DNA of 64,000 nucleotides from Paraspadella gotoi (lineage: Eukaryota; Animalia; Chaetognatha): NCBI GenBank assembly GCA_051294375.1, contig CM119267.1, forward strand, positions 9,015,709 through 9,079,708, written 5' to 3'. Below are positions 14,425 through 28,046 of the stretch, piece by piece. Under the pieces are notes generated by a model that worked only from the letters and a program-made list of their open reading frames with translations, was not told where the DNA came from and ran no database searches. The translations under genes were made by a program, and so were the position numbers. Position 1 is the stretch's first letter, and each line of letters starts with the position of its first letter.

Positions 14425-16227
14425 AAAACGAAAATTTTGCGCCTGAAATACCATGACGAATTTAATAAGCAAGCGTGCTCTCTTTCTCCTTCTTTATTTC
14501 TGTCAATTTTTTTTCCCCCGTTCTCTCTCGATTTTTCTAGCTTTCTTTTTTGATTATTTTTTTTCTTTTTCTTTTTCTTTTTTTCTTTTATTTTCTTTGA
14601 TCATTTCTTTTTCCTGTATACGTATATTTTTATCTCTTTCTTTCATTATTTATTTTCTTCTTTCTTTCCTTCGGACTTTCTTTCTGTTTTCTTTTTCCTT
14701 TCCGCCTCTTTTTCTCTCTTTCCTTTTTCTTTTTTAATGATCGACCTTCTAAGGATTTTTTTTCCCCAAATTTTTTCAAGAATGGTTAATTAAAACAAAA
14801 GTGATCGGATTTTAAAGTGGCGTCTCTAGTCCTTCAATTCGTTGATTTCCTTTCGTGTTGGATTTTTTTTTGTGTTGTTCTTTGTTTTTTTTTAAGAGAC
14901 CAAATGACATTAATTTAATTTTCTTTCTCCCCGATCCATTTCACTGTCTCTCGGCGAACTTTTGTGTTGTTTTTTTTTTTTACTCCTGACGACAGTCGCC
15001 CTTCTCGAATAATTAAGTGTAGGTGCAATTGTAATCGAGATAAAATGTGGCCTTAAACTGTCTTCAATTTGACAAATCTCGAGTTGGAAGATTACTCGCC
15101 GAATCGAGACTCTTGAATTTTCGACAGTTTTCTGGCGTTCGACGTTTATTGTGATAAAAAAAAAAAAAGAGTTGATCGACGACGAAATTAGAATGAATTA
15201 TTGTTGTAGAGCTTTTTTCGTAGTTCTTTTTCCCTGTTTAGCTTTTTTTGTTCTTAACCGTGATTACATTTCCAATTCGCGGGGTTCAACTAGAGCATGG
15301 CATAGAATTAGGTCATTATTCTTATGTTAATTATTACCTCTATTTTTGTTATTTATGATTTGCTATTTCCATGTCCTGCAGTTGTCTTGATGATTTTTCT
15401 TCATCCCATCCCGTTTCCCTGGCCCAAATACATCGCCCTAACTAACTATGGTTGTAATTACTAAACATTTGAATTTATTAGAATATCCATTCAACTCATT
15501 TAATAACTTACGTTGCCATGTTTTATTTTTCGACATCTGAATTAATTGTAATGAACATTCTCTCATTGTTTGTCATTTGTTTCCGCTTGCTGCAGCCGAG
15601 TCCCCTATCGTTATTTGAAATTTCTTTTTGCAGCACTTCTTCAGTTCATACTCTTATGTGTGATTTCTCAAATGATCAATAAAATCACGTTTTATATGAT
15701 ATTTTGAGCTATTTTCATTTTTAAAAATTAGATATTAGTCAGACTCTGCTTTCATGTGTAGGAAAAATCTTACTTAGTTTGTGTTAGATCCAAGGACAAA
15801 GAAAGTAATTAAAAAATTGAGTGGATGATTTCTTGTTGCCTTCCGAGTTAACATATATCGTTAATATATTAATTATTTAACATATCTTGAATATAACCAA
15901 AATTTAAATGCCGAAATAATTAGTACTTAAATCAAAGTTTTACTCGTCAAGCTAAGTTAGAATAGTATTAGTAAGTTCAAGAAAAAATTGAAACGTAATA
16001 CATTAAAAATTTATCTTAAGTTACCTTAGTAGTTAGTTAAACTTTTTTGTTTCGGACGTTTAATATTTCGACCACAATACAAAGAGTTTCGATTCAAAGT
16101 TCAAATTAATCACTTTTGAGGATAAAGAGCAACTCAATATTTGACAAAAAGATTATATGTCACTGTAATCGTAAAACTCGGTCCTCCAAATCTAATAAGT
16201 TGATTAACGGAGAATCTTAAACCCATA

Positions 16228-19200
16228 ATGTTTGTGTTCCTGTAAGTTTTTTTTAAAAAATTACACCAAGATAATTGCAAGACAAGAAAAATATTTCGAT
16301 TTTCGTCTACTAGGATCTTGTTAGCTGCCCCAATGACGCTGAGGTCGCTTTCGTTGGCCACGCCTCTTCTGCTTCCTTTCGAAGACGACGAAGCCGTTTT
16401 TCGTGTCATGCATCACATCCGGGGGAAAGAATTTGTTGAGCTTCGTCGATGCTGTGATGGGTTTCGATTCGATGCCGGAGAGTCGGGATGCCGGCCGAAA
16501 CATCGCGGGAAATGGTGGGCTTTTGTGGGGCTTTTCTCTCGCACTTTCGCTGCTCCTTTTATTTTCGTTGAATATCTTTTTTTAATCAGTTCGATGAAGA
16601 CAAAATCGCTATCGAAAATCCGTTCGACCGTTTGTACTCCACAATTGGTAAATCTAATATGATCTAAACTAATCTAAGCCACTAAAGCCTGTCCAAAGTC
16701 AGGGGCAAGATAGCTTATTTATTAAATTAATCAATAATTTTTATATTGGTTGTATGGTGGACCAAAATCCACCAACCGTTCATCAGCGGTCATTGGTTCT
16801 GGAGGCAAGTCATTCGCCTCCCAACCCAAAGGTCCGGGGTTCTAGCCCGGTGGCCGCCTAGCAGTTAAGAGGGACGGGGCGCTTAACCCACCTGTAACAT
16901 GGTGTTACTGCCTGATCCGAAGCTCAGGGACTGCTTATATTGAACGGTTCTGTCATTAACACATATAAATAATCACTGTCTCTTCAGTTGTACCAATTTC
17001 ATATCTTCTTTCTTTGGTAGCTTAATAATTTATCCCTTTTTTCACTTTTCATATCAAAGAATCCAGACGAATGCAATCAATGCTACTCAGAATACCGGAC
17101 TTTCTCCGGCGCTTACAACAACCTCGCCCACGCGACGTGGAACGCAGCGTTCACGCCCCTCGCCAGGATCCTGCCCCAGAGATATGAAAACCAGGTGATC
17201 ATTTGTAGTTGGCACTTTCGCTGTAAACAATTTGAGTACTCAATTTTTTTCCGTTAATTCAGTTAATTTATTTCAGTTAATGGTCTAATTATTATTATAT
17301 TATTAAAAACAAAAACGGAAAAAAGAAATAATGATTATTAATGATTAAAATACTTATTACTTACTTTACTTTTACGGGCCCGTTGGTTAGGCACCGTTTG
17401 GGTTTTGAATGTCTTAAATCCTCTCCAACTAGCGCTATATTTTAAGCCATCACTATTTATTTTTAATTTGATAAAGTGATAAAAAGTAAATTGAAAAAGA
17501 AATAATAGTTGATGGTAGATATAGTAATAATGGTAATAAACCTATCTCCCGAGATCGATACTCCCCCGGGACACTTCCCCAACCGGACCTACAACGGGCA
17601 TCCTCTGCCATTGCCGCGCCGCGTTTCTCACCTTCTCCTTCTCAGCAAAGACAATCCAGAGGATATCTCCATTAATCAGTTGGTCATGAGTTTTGGCCAA
17701 TTCCTCAGTCATGATACGGGGCTGACTGTTGTCAATTCAATGGAGCCCTTCGACTTAAACGAGGTAATAAAACCTTAAAATATTTAAATAAATATGGAAA
17801 AATTAACCTGAGAGATAAGAGAGGCTCTGAATATAAATTGTATGGCTTCCTTTTAAGATTATTAATACCTTACCTTAATACATTAAACTAATATTTTGAA
17901 ATACGCTAATTCTTACGATCGCTTCTTAATATCGATTTAGACTTGCAGTGATCACTGTCGAAGGGAGGGACCGTGTTATCCTGTGCAAATCCCCGAGGGA
18001 GACCTATTTTTGCCTACCAACACCTGCATTCCATTCACCAGGTGATGATACAACGTCACGAACCAAAAGCTCTTATGCCTTTTTTTTTTAAATGTCGCTC
18101 TCTTACTCTAAAACTCTACTTGCCTTAAAAACAAAAGGTCAATCGTAATGTGTTCCCGTCCGTGCCAGCAACGGGATGAGTACGAATACAACGCTATCGA
18201 GCCGTACGAACAGGTGAACGTTGTCACGGCTTGGTTGGACCTATCCATCGTCTACGGATCCTCCGAAAAAGAGGTTAAGGCCTTGAAAAATTGCGACGGC
18301 ACGCTCAAAGTATCTCGCGAGGATTTATATCCGAAAGGTCTGAATTCTCAAACTTTTCGTCTTTATAATTATGAAATTGGTACAACCAATATAACAATTA
18401 TCCATTCATTTAATAAATAAGCTATCTTGCCCCGGACTTTGGACAGGCTTTGGTGGTTTAAGGCCTCCATCACTCTTACAAGATAATGACATAGCAGGTC
18501 CCTGCAAGCTTTCAATCAAGACTCTCTCACAGTCTTGTTTATATAATTATATAAACCATTTTTACATATGATAGAACTACTTCTTTTTTTTTTACTTATA
18601 AGAGATTTCTTTGCCAGTAACATTGTTTCTTTTCTTTTTTGTTTACACCACTTTTTTCCATAAATTCTTAAGGTATTTTTTTACTTTTTGAAATTGAATA
18701 CAAACGCTTCGTCATTTGATTGATTGGTTGATCGTTAGACTTTGAAGAAGCCATATTCTTAGAAATCATATAAATCATCGCGACATTTTTCTTTGATATT
18801 TCTTTCGTCCCATTATGTCCCATTTTTCTCTCGGAAAGCCAGGCTTGTGCCCGTACCGTTCAAGCAACGACACCTGCCGTCAACTATTCAACAATGTCAC
18901 CGGCGTCTTTGAAGAGAAGAGCTGCTTTCTCGCGGGTGACAGGTGAAGGAGCAGTCGGAAAAGCAATCTCGGCCCGGATCTATTTTCAATCGGTTTGCCC
19001 GAATTTTTCTTCTATTCGTTTTATAAATTCCCTCAAGTATAGTTTTTAATATTTTTTTCGAGTTTGTTTCAAAGTCGGCGTGATGATCCGAAACTGCCAA
19101 GTGTCGAAAACAGAGAGCAATGTAAAAGTTTCACAGCCACCCTTTTCCCTCGCGTCGTGGCCGATTTCCCATTGTCCTCTTTAGGTTTCTTTAAATTCAA

Positions 19201-21134
19201 CAGGCGCGTCAACGAAAACCTCGGCCTCGTCGTCTTTCACCTGCTCTTCCACCGGGAGCACAACCGCCTCGTAGCAGAGCTCCGAAAAATCTCGACGAGC
19301 TGGTCGGGAACGTCCTGCTCGAAATTTCCGGACCCCGGGTCGCCGACGAAACTCTTCCTCGAGGCGCGTAGAATCAACGCGGCCGTCTGGCAGAGGATCG
19401 TCTTCGAAGAATATCTCCCCATCATTTTGGGAAAGAGAGGAATGGAGATTATCGGGGATTACTCAGGGTGGGCAAGGGATTGGGAAAAAAATTGCGTTGC
19501 TTAAAAAGCCAGTCCTAATTTATCACAAGCAATCACTATCAATGTATCTTTCATCATCCTATCTTAATAAATTAGTAATATAAACCCAGTAATAATAACA
19601 ATATTATTAATATTATTATTAATATTATATTATTATATTATTATTAACATTATATTATTAATATTATTATTAATAATATGAGCGGAGATTGGGAGTTTTT
19701 GCTTGGAATCCAAGTCTTTCGTGGGCAGTCACTGTTAACTTCAATTAGTCAATCAATCAGTCATAAAGACATAATGAGAAATTAATGAGATCGTTTTATC
19801 ATTAGATTAGCCGCATAAATGAGAGCGAAATAAAAATATCTACTGTTGCCGTTGACAGTTACAATAAATCCGTCGATCCACGTGTGCCGACCGAATTCTC
19901 GACGGCCGCCTTTAGATTCGGTCACTCGCAAATCTCGATGGTCGTCGAACGATACGGCAAAAACTACACGGATTTCCCGCAAGTAAAATTTCAATAAAAA
20001 TGGGGCCGGCAATGATAATGCATCAAGCTAACGATTTGCAGGGTCACCTCTCCATGGTCGAAGCCTTCCACGCCCCATACCACCTGGCCGACGAAGGCGG
20101 GATGGATCCGCTTCTCCGCGGCATGCTAGCGAGCCGGGGTCGGGCGGCTTCCAGCCAGACAATTTTGAGCCCATCGGTGGTCAATAGCCTCTTCGCTCTC
20201 AACCAAAAGATTGCCGCCGACCTCGGCGCTTTCAACATTCTCAGAGGCAGAGATCACGGAATCAGAGGATTTATGGAGTATAGAAGGTCATTTGTTCGTT
20301 CAGTACTATCTAGGAAAAAAGTATATCACATAATTCATTTATTCAATAAAAAGTATACAAAACATGGGTAAAACATTTTCAATATTTGGTATTCCCTTCC
20401 TCGGCATCAACTACTGCCTGCATTTAACTGGGCATGCTCTCATACAGCAAATAGTATATTTTTCAGTTATCTGTTCTTATAACAACAACAACAAAAAATA
20501 TTCAAATTTCGAACAGGTTGTACAATTTCACGACTCCAGCAAACTGGACCGAGTTCGCCGAAGACGAGGACTTCCGTCATTTGTCCAACGATCACGTGAC
20601 TCTAATCGAAAAAGTTTACGGTCACCCGGACAATATCGATCTTTTCGTAGGCGGTTTTCTAGAAAAGAAGAGGAACGCCACAGTCGGACCCACATTCATG
20701 TTCATTCTCGCTGAAACGTTTAGAAATCTTCGAGATGGAGACAGGTTAAACTTAAATACCAAAACGTAAATCACTGCTACGTTTATTGACATCGCTAAGT
20801 ATAAGACGAACTAAAAAAACTATTATTCGATAAGTAAGAGGCTGCAACTATAGTTTCGCTGAGATGAGACTCCAACCACTCGCGAAATTGTCTTTCATTC
20901 GGAACGGGGAGCAATTTCATTGTTTCTTTAAAAAGGTTTTGGTACGAAAATTCAATGTTCACTGCGGAGCAAGTTGCGGAGATAAAAAAGAGCAGCTTGG
21001 CGCGAATAATTTGTGACAATTCGGACGATATCAAAAAAGTTCCTCGAAAGGCCTTTTTCTTTTTCGATAAAGAGGATATGACGCCTTGCGAAGACATCGA
21101 GGGAATGGATCTTACCAAGTGGAAGAATGTTTAA
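16228..21134 (+). CDS. Secreted animal heme peroxidase (peroxidase-cyclooxygenase superfamily)
   Basis: Approximate exons 16228-16241, 16314-16514, 16590-16647, 17060-17194, 17553-17763, 17941-18041, 18138-18338, 18843-18942, 19204-19467, 19859-19982, 20042-20286, 20517-20744, 20936-21134. Signal peptide MFVFLILLAAP; YRTFSGAYNN; FGQFLSHD (distal His); TAWLDLSIVYG (Ca site); GDRRVNE (distal Arg); FHREHN; AFRFGH (proximal His); RGRDHG; DGDRFWYEN. Confidence 0.93.
16753..16986 (+). mobile_element. Solo-LTR-like repeat A with internal tRNA-like segment, copy 1
   Basis: Ends TATGGTGGAC...TGTCTCTTCA, flanked by 4-bp TSD gttg; tRNA-like 16786-16857; near-identical copies at 27819-28046 and 58655-58872. 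Confidence 0.8.
18372..18545 (-). mobile_element. Short LTR-like repeat B (host of repeat A)
   Basis: ~175 bp ending ...ggttgtaccaatttca with 4-bp TSD atta; copies or fragments at 29222-29395, 16675-17003, 21228-21305, 25361-25516, 27766-28130, 35455-35490. Confidence 0.7.
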
Positions 21135-21621
21135 TTTTGAATTTATGAATTATGACGTTATGATGCTAGGAAAGTAAATTTGTAAATATTTCTAACAGTA
21201 TTTTTTTTACGATTTTGCGATAAATATATGAAATTGGTACAACCAAGATAAAATTAACCATTCATTTAATAAATGAGCTTTCTTGCCCCTGACTTTGGGC
21301 AGGTCAATGACTGGACTTTGGGAGGCAAGCAGGTCGCCATTCTCGCACTGAAGGCAAAAAATATTCTGCCGTAATAAGATTCGAACGATTAGAATTGGCA
21401 TTAAAACGTTATCAGGTTACGGCGTGGAAAATAATTAAGTCGGTGAACGCTAATCTATAAAACTTTGTGGATCAAGGCGAATATATGTAGTTAACCTAAG
21501 ACTACCCCAATGAAACTTTAATCGTATTTCAGAAGTTTATATTACGGACACAATGTTACAACAATTTAAGCAATCAACTTAATCTTCGTTCATATTCATT
21601 TGGTTCATGAATGGTTTTGGT

Positions 21622-24047
21622 TTAGATGACCAAGCCTTCTTCAGTATGCTTAGGATACAGTAATGCCATTATCATGCCTATAATTTAATATATTATACAA
21701 TATAAAACAAGTAATAATTATATACTTCTTGCGATTTGTTTTATACATACTGAGCAGGTAGAAGCCAGCAATGATCCAAAACTGCACATACCACGATAAA
21801 ACGCCTATCTTGTTACTAGTTACGACGCTGAGAATACTGGATAATACCTAAAACAATTGCAATGTTGTAAACCGTTTGAATTTAATTTAAGTTAATTTAA
21901 GTTAATGATTAATCTTACTGTTGAAGCAAAAACGATGCCAAAATTTTCTCCGAGTGAACCCAATCCAAATGTTCTGGCACACGCCGTCGGTATCAAAGAA
22001 AATGTTCCTATCAATTGAGATCAAATTTAAATATTTTCGCCAATTAAAACTTATTAAAAACTAGAGTTATGTTACCAGAAAAAGATAGAAATATTCCAAT
22101 TATATAGAAACCGTAGAGAACTTCCCCAACTGCTTGCGTCGCACATAACGATAAATATAAAGCCATAGTTATACTTGTCACGCAAGTCATGGCGGTCTAA
22201 AGTCAGTTACTTGATAAAAAAAAACAGAAACGTTGTATTTGAGATGAAAAAAGATAAATTCACCTTAAAACATGTTAGATCCGCAACTTTGCCCCAAAAG
22301 ATTCTGCCAAGACCGTTAGCCACCGATGATATTGACCCTATAGTCACTAAAAGCTGATCGCTATAACCACAATATTGCCCATAGGTCTGGTATAAAATGT
22401 TTAAGTTGTCAGTCTTGATTATCGTTTTTATTTTTTTAAGGTGGAGTACTTGCCTTCCAAAATCCAGCGATATAGGTAATACCAAATGAGTTACAAATAA
22501 ATATCAAGCAGAGCTTGATAAAGTCCAGCGTCTTTACCATTTCTATAGGTTTAAAATTCCTCTGTAAACGTCCGAATGTTCGAGCTTCAGCATCATCTTC
22601 TAAGAAATAACCAGAAGGAATAAAGGCGTGATTCGATGGTTGATTAATCTGAGCTTATAGAACAAATTTGTTCTTTTGTTTTTTTGAGTCTTTGAGGTTT
22701 ACAAAAATACTTACTGTTGACGTTAGAATCATTAAATTGTACATCAACAGCTTGGTAGGTAGAAACAGAAGGAGATCTTTTTACCTTTACAAAATAAAAA
22801 CTTTTACTGAGAAGCACGCTGTATGGATTTAAATTTTACTGACTTTGGGTACCATACCACTTTAAATATCGAAAGAAGTCCCTTCTTTGGTTGGTTCAAT
22901 TTAGATTTTTCAAACATCAAGAGGAGTCCAATAATCTGCATCACGAGGAAAGTAGTCCCTGTGCATTGTGCAATGTGCATTGAATGCGAAAACTTACTTC
23001 GAGTTCGACCCAAAAAATCTAATTTAGCATTGTCTGTCGGTCCTTCTATAGTGTTCAGTTAGCTAGTAATCATAATTCCTCTCCTAAATGTGGTACACTC
23101 CTTAACGCTTACCCAGAATAATAAACAGGAATGGAACCCTCTCGAGAATGGACTCCTCCCCAAAATAGTTCTTCTCGTCGACTACGATGCTGGGTTTCAG
23201 ATTATTTGGGTTTAAGTATTCGGTAATAACGAGGTTGAAGATGGCGCCGCCGCTACCGAAGCCGGCCACGATGATGCCATTGATTAATCCCTTGTTATCT
23301 GGGAACCACTGAGACAAATAAATAACAAATACATTGAGATAAATTTTGAGCAAGAGCCATTTTTTATGACCTCGCAACAGAGTTTGAGAGGCGAGGCGTA
23401 GGCCAATCCAACTCCCGTCCCTTGCATGATTCCGTAAGTTACGAGGAAGAACCAGAAAGAGGTTTTAATAGCCCAATAGGAAATGATGTTGGCGACGCTC
23501 ATGCAAAGACCCCCTACGAATATCGGCATCCGGAGGCTTCCAACGCGAGTCGCCAACAGGCCCCCAAAATACATGGAAGCTCCTTGAAATCCTCCCACGA
23601 TGGGGGTGATCCAAAAGGCTCGCGAGTAGTCAAGATCGCTGGGCTGTGACGAGTTGCGGATGTACGAGGTCGAATAGGTCGTGAGGTTTCCTCAAAATAA
23701 AAACGCGTAAATCCGCATGCTTCATATATTTGATTGCCCTTTATTTATTGTTATTTCCCATTGATTTTTTTACCGTATGTATAGTAAGACCCAAGAGTTA
23801 AATGTACCATAAGTCCGCCAATAACGCTTGCAACCCCTTTGGCTGGTAGTCTTTTAAGCTAGAATTATAAAACATTATAAATTATAAACATGATGAATAA
23901 GAAATCTATGAAACTCAATCATTTTTGTACGGTTTATGTAGTACGCATTTAAAAATGGAACCACACCTTGATAACGATGGAATCGAAAAATCCATTTCCA
24001 TTATCCTTCGTCTCCGGCATCAGCCTCGTAGACTCGGACTCCGTCAT
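21622..24047 (-). CDS. MFS transporter, oxalate:formate antiporter (OFA)-like, multi-exon
   Basis: MTESESTRLM...; GGLMVHLTLGSYYTYGNLTTY; TYGIMQGTGVGLAY; WFPDNKGLINGIIVAGFGSGG; ANGLGRIFWGKVAD; ends LLYPKHTEEGLVI*. Confidence 0.88.
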
Positions 24048-24328
24048 ATTTGGTTAAATGATTTTTTACAGCTAATTAATGATTTCAATTTTTTTTTAAA
24101 TTTCAATCGTAAAAATTTTCGACGGTAGAAAATCTTTACTGATAATCAGATACATATTTATCGCTTTATCTGGATCGACATTTTCCTGAAATTGATTTTT
24201 GATAAAACCCCTCCAGCTTATGATAAAGCAAGACAATAAATTGTGATAAAATTTATTATCTAATTTCAAACGATTGTTTTCAATTTGCCAAACGGAGGCA
24301 TTTAACCACACCACCTCAAAACTTTAGC

Positions 24329-27300
24329 TCAAAGCAATTTGTTCATTTCAGGAACTGCGGTGAAAAGATCCTGCACGAGGCCGTAATCCGCGACCTACAA
24401 ACAAAAATGTTTTACGGTAAACAATATTCAATAAATCAGCAATAATGATAAATCAGTATTTTAGTTTAACCAAAGCCTTGGAATTACAATGAGATACAAT
24501 AAGTAAATATTTTTCCTGAAAAATTGGCGCTTCCTCGTCTTTGTTGATGGCGACGATGATTTTCGAGTCCTTCATGCCCGCGAGATGTTGGATGGCGCCA
24601 GAAATCCCAACGGCTATGTAGAGATCAGGTGCAACCACTTTGCCGGTCTGTCCGACCTGTAAGAGAAAACAAGGTCATTTTCTTTACTCATTGTCGATTC
24701 TTTCATTTCTCCGTCTTTCCTGCAGATCGTTGGAAACGTAACCCGCGTCGACGGCCGCTCTCGATGCGCCTACGGCGCCTTTCAATTTATCTGCCAACTC
24801 GTAAACGATCTTAAAGTTTTCAGCGCTGCCCATTCCACGACCGCCCGCAATGACAACCTTTTAAAACAAATTATTTTTTTTTTTTTCAATCTTTGGGAAA
24901 TTGTGAAGTATTACAGGTATAAAAACTATTCATTGTTTCGCTGGCAAAATAGAAGGACCGATTGTAAAAGGAACATTGTATCAAAACAAGACCTTAATCG
25001 TCCGTTACAAATTTTAAAATGCGCGCCCAAAAATTTTTAAAGAAATAAATGATGGTATAAAGTTTATAAAGTTTAAAAAGAACACGTATGCATGTGACTA
25101 TATGTAATACGTATTTATAGTATCTATACTGCTTAACCTCTTTTATAATTGTTAAAGAAAACCGTATACTTTTAGATTTCATATACATCATCGTGTAAGT
25201 AGAAAAATTATCAAAAAAGAATTCATCATTTCCTAATAATTTTCCAATATAATAATGTATAATGTCTTTTATACATTTTCCAATAAAACTCAGAACTGAA
25301 AGTATAACTTTAGTTACACTATTTGCAGAAGACAACAATAGCATTCTTCTCCCCATCCTATCCTATCCAAATTCAGGGGCAAGCCTGTAACACGGTGTTA
25401 CAGCCTGATCCAAAGCTCAGGGACTGCTTATATTGAACGGTTCTGTCACTAATACATAACAATAATTACTGTCTCTTCAATAGCCTTCATTTTTATATTG
25501 GTTGTACCGATTTCATAATATAAACTGTTAAATTAGGCTAATAATCATGCAATATGCATAATACATTGATTGTTCTAATAATAATTGGTGAATAAATCTA
25601 ACGTTAAATAGTTATAACAAATTTGATGTAATAAGTAATTTTGCGATTTTCATTTTAATGCGAGAAATTATACTTGTTAAATAGTCGAAATTTTTTTTCT
25701 ATTTTGATTGATTGATTGACTGAACTTGGTACTGCCGAGTAGGATATTTTAAAAGCTCTAAGACAAAAGCTTACATACATTTGCCGTCGTCAACTGCGGT
25801 CTGTCGCTTTTGTGAATTTCGGCACCAATGAATTTCGTCAACTTGTTTTCTCCGCTGGCGGGAAAGTCCTCGACGCTCGCCCCGCCGCCTCCCGTCTGCG
25901 CCGCAGGAAACGCTGTTCCTCTGATAGAAAATACTTTCACTGATTCCAAACTTTTTATGGTTTGGACGGCGTTCCCCGCGTAGATTGTACGCTGAAAGGT
26001 CGAATCATCTACGACGTCTGTTCGTTAAATTTGATGTACTGAAACTTCGTCCGGTCCAGTAAACAAGATTTGGCTAGAAATGGCGGTTTACCAATGACCG
26101 CAGTAATGGGTGCAACATCCAACTTTGCAGCCAGTCGTGGCATTACGTTTTTTCCGAAAGATGTGTCGCCGAAAGCTATATGGGATGCTTTTAACTAGTC
26201 GGAGGAAAAATTTGGTTTTTTTTATTTTTTTAATTATAATTGTGAATGTTTTACCTTTTCTTGACAAGCCACAATCGCACCAACAACGGATTCGGCAAGC
26301 GACCCTTCCAAACTCGGCGACTCGATTTTCAAAACCTGTGAACTTCGGATATTAAGGGTCTAGGTATTTTCGAAATATCACAAATATCATCGTTAATTCG
26401 ATGGGAACAACCTTGCTCACTCCGTTGACTTTGCTTAGTTCCTCCGCAGCGGACTTACAGTTGTCTCCAATCAAAGCGCACGTCACGCTATGTCCCAACT
26501 TTAAAAAAAAAATATATATATATAGTATGTACTATTATACTATATTCTCATCGCTTCTTGCAGAACCTTTTGAACCGCTGTCACACTATTCAGGGTACTA
26601 GGAGCAAGTTGGTTATCGCTGTGTTCGGCTATTAGAAGCGTACTGGAATTTCTCATCAGCAAGTTGCTCTGAAACAAGTTTGAGCAAACAATGTCGGATC
26701 AGCCCACGATAATTAATTAATTAAGTAATTAATTAATTAATATCAATTTTTTTTATTCGTGTCAAAATCGTTTTCCACTTTGTCTCGCCTCTCAATCACA
26801 AAACAACAATCACGATCACAAAATTAATTAATTAATTACAAATAATTAATTAATTGAATTTACATTTAATATAAAAATAAAGAAAGCATAATTAAATAGT
26901 GAAATAGATTGTTTATTTTTTCCATTTTAACTCATTTCCACTTGGACGATTCCATCGAAACTTTATTCCCTGCTCAATCACACACTTTCCTACCCACACA
27001 CAAAATTTCATTCCAATCCATCTATCAAATCACGAGTAATTGGTGTTTTTTGCTAAGGTGGGACGGACAGACAGACGCACGGACGGACGGACATCATTTT
27101 TTTTTGGCATAATTTATCTATATAAGGAAAATGTTTAAACTGTGATGCAGCAACGAGTTTATTTATTTTTCCTTATATCCCAAACGCAACGAAAAGAAAG
27201 GAAATTATCACAATGCATAATTTATCATAATTCGATGTTCTGACATGATATAAGTGAATGCCCGACAAAGTGAATTATAGAGGCTAAAAACGGTTTCTTG

Positions 27301-27483
27301 AAATTCAAAAACCATTCAAGATAAATTAAAAGTGGGAAAAATATTGGTATTTCTCGGAATCTATTTTTAAAAAAAAGAATTGGTATACCAAGTTACCACG
27401 ACGGTTGGTTTGCTAACTGACAAAACGCTTACCCATTTTAAAATAGGACATCGAACCGAGATGCAAAACACATTCCGAAACAT
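24329..27483 (-). CDS. ETFA: Electron transfer flavoprotein alpha subunit, mitochondrial
   Basis: Exon 1 27483-27433 [17 protein letters not shown] (presequence-like) joined to [16 protein letters not shown]; [10 protein letters not shown]; [11 protein letters not shown]; [33 protein letters not shown]; ends VPEMNKLL*. Confidence 0.96.
25361..25516 (+). mobile_element. Internally deleted composite of repeat A inside repeat B, in an ETFA intron
   Basis: ...caggggcaag followed by the 3' half of A (cctgtaacacgg...tctcttca), then atag and the B 3' end. Confidence 0.7.
26672..27270 (-). mobile_element. Helentron-associated (HINE/DINE-1-like) non-autonomous element in ETFA intron 1
   Basis: Inverted homologue of 32409-32760 and 35070-35166; (GTCC)n microsatellite, short subterminal inverted motif ttgtcgg/ccgaca, 3' hairpin gtttg-ct-caaac then T run. 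Confidence 0.65.
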
Positions 27484-27818
27484 GGTAGCGAAAGCTTTAC
27501 ACTGAATTAGAAAAAAGGACGGTATCTAAGTAGCAGGGAGAAAACTTTCATTAAATTTCGAAGAATTGATTCAAATTTTTTATTCCCCATTATAGTGTTA
27601 TAGTTGCCCTGCGTTGTACTTGCGAAGCAACTCTATATAACTTATTGTTATAAGACACTTGACCTGGGTCTCGGTCGGTCGATCTTTTGTTTAAATACGT
27701 AAAACTCTCGTAATAATATTACTAACACTGAATCACTTTGGATATATTTTAGAATTCAAATGCTATGAAATTGGCACAACCAATATAAAATTATCCTTTC
27801 ATTTAATAAATAAGCTAT

Positions 27819-28046
27819 TGAAGAGACAGTAATTATTGTTATGTGTTAGTGACAGAACCGTTCAATATAAGCAGTCCGTGAGCTTCGGATCAGGCTAATT
27901 GTTACAGGCGGGTTAAGCGCCCCGTCCCTCTTAACTGCCAGACGACCATCGGGCTAGAACCCCGGACCTTTGGGTTGGGAGGCGAATGACTTGCCTCCGG
28001 CACCAATGGCCGCTGATGAACAGTTGGTGAATTTTAGTCCACCATA
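27819..28046 (-). mobile_element. Repeat A copy 2, nested in repeat B
   Basis: Reverse complement of 16753-16986; TSD ctat at 27815-27818 and 28047-28050. Confidence 0.8.

Noticed and set aside
16786-16857. Possible tRNA-Gly gene (also 27945-28015, 58688-58759; fragments near 32045 and 34485)
   Set aside because: Anticodon stem does not pair, T loop is atypical and copies sit inside a TSD-flanked repeat
26650-26700. ETFA apparently lacking a start exon (trans-splice candidate)
   Set aside because: A normal first exon with ATG and GT donor exists at 27483-27433
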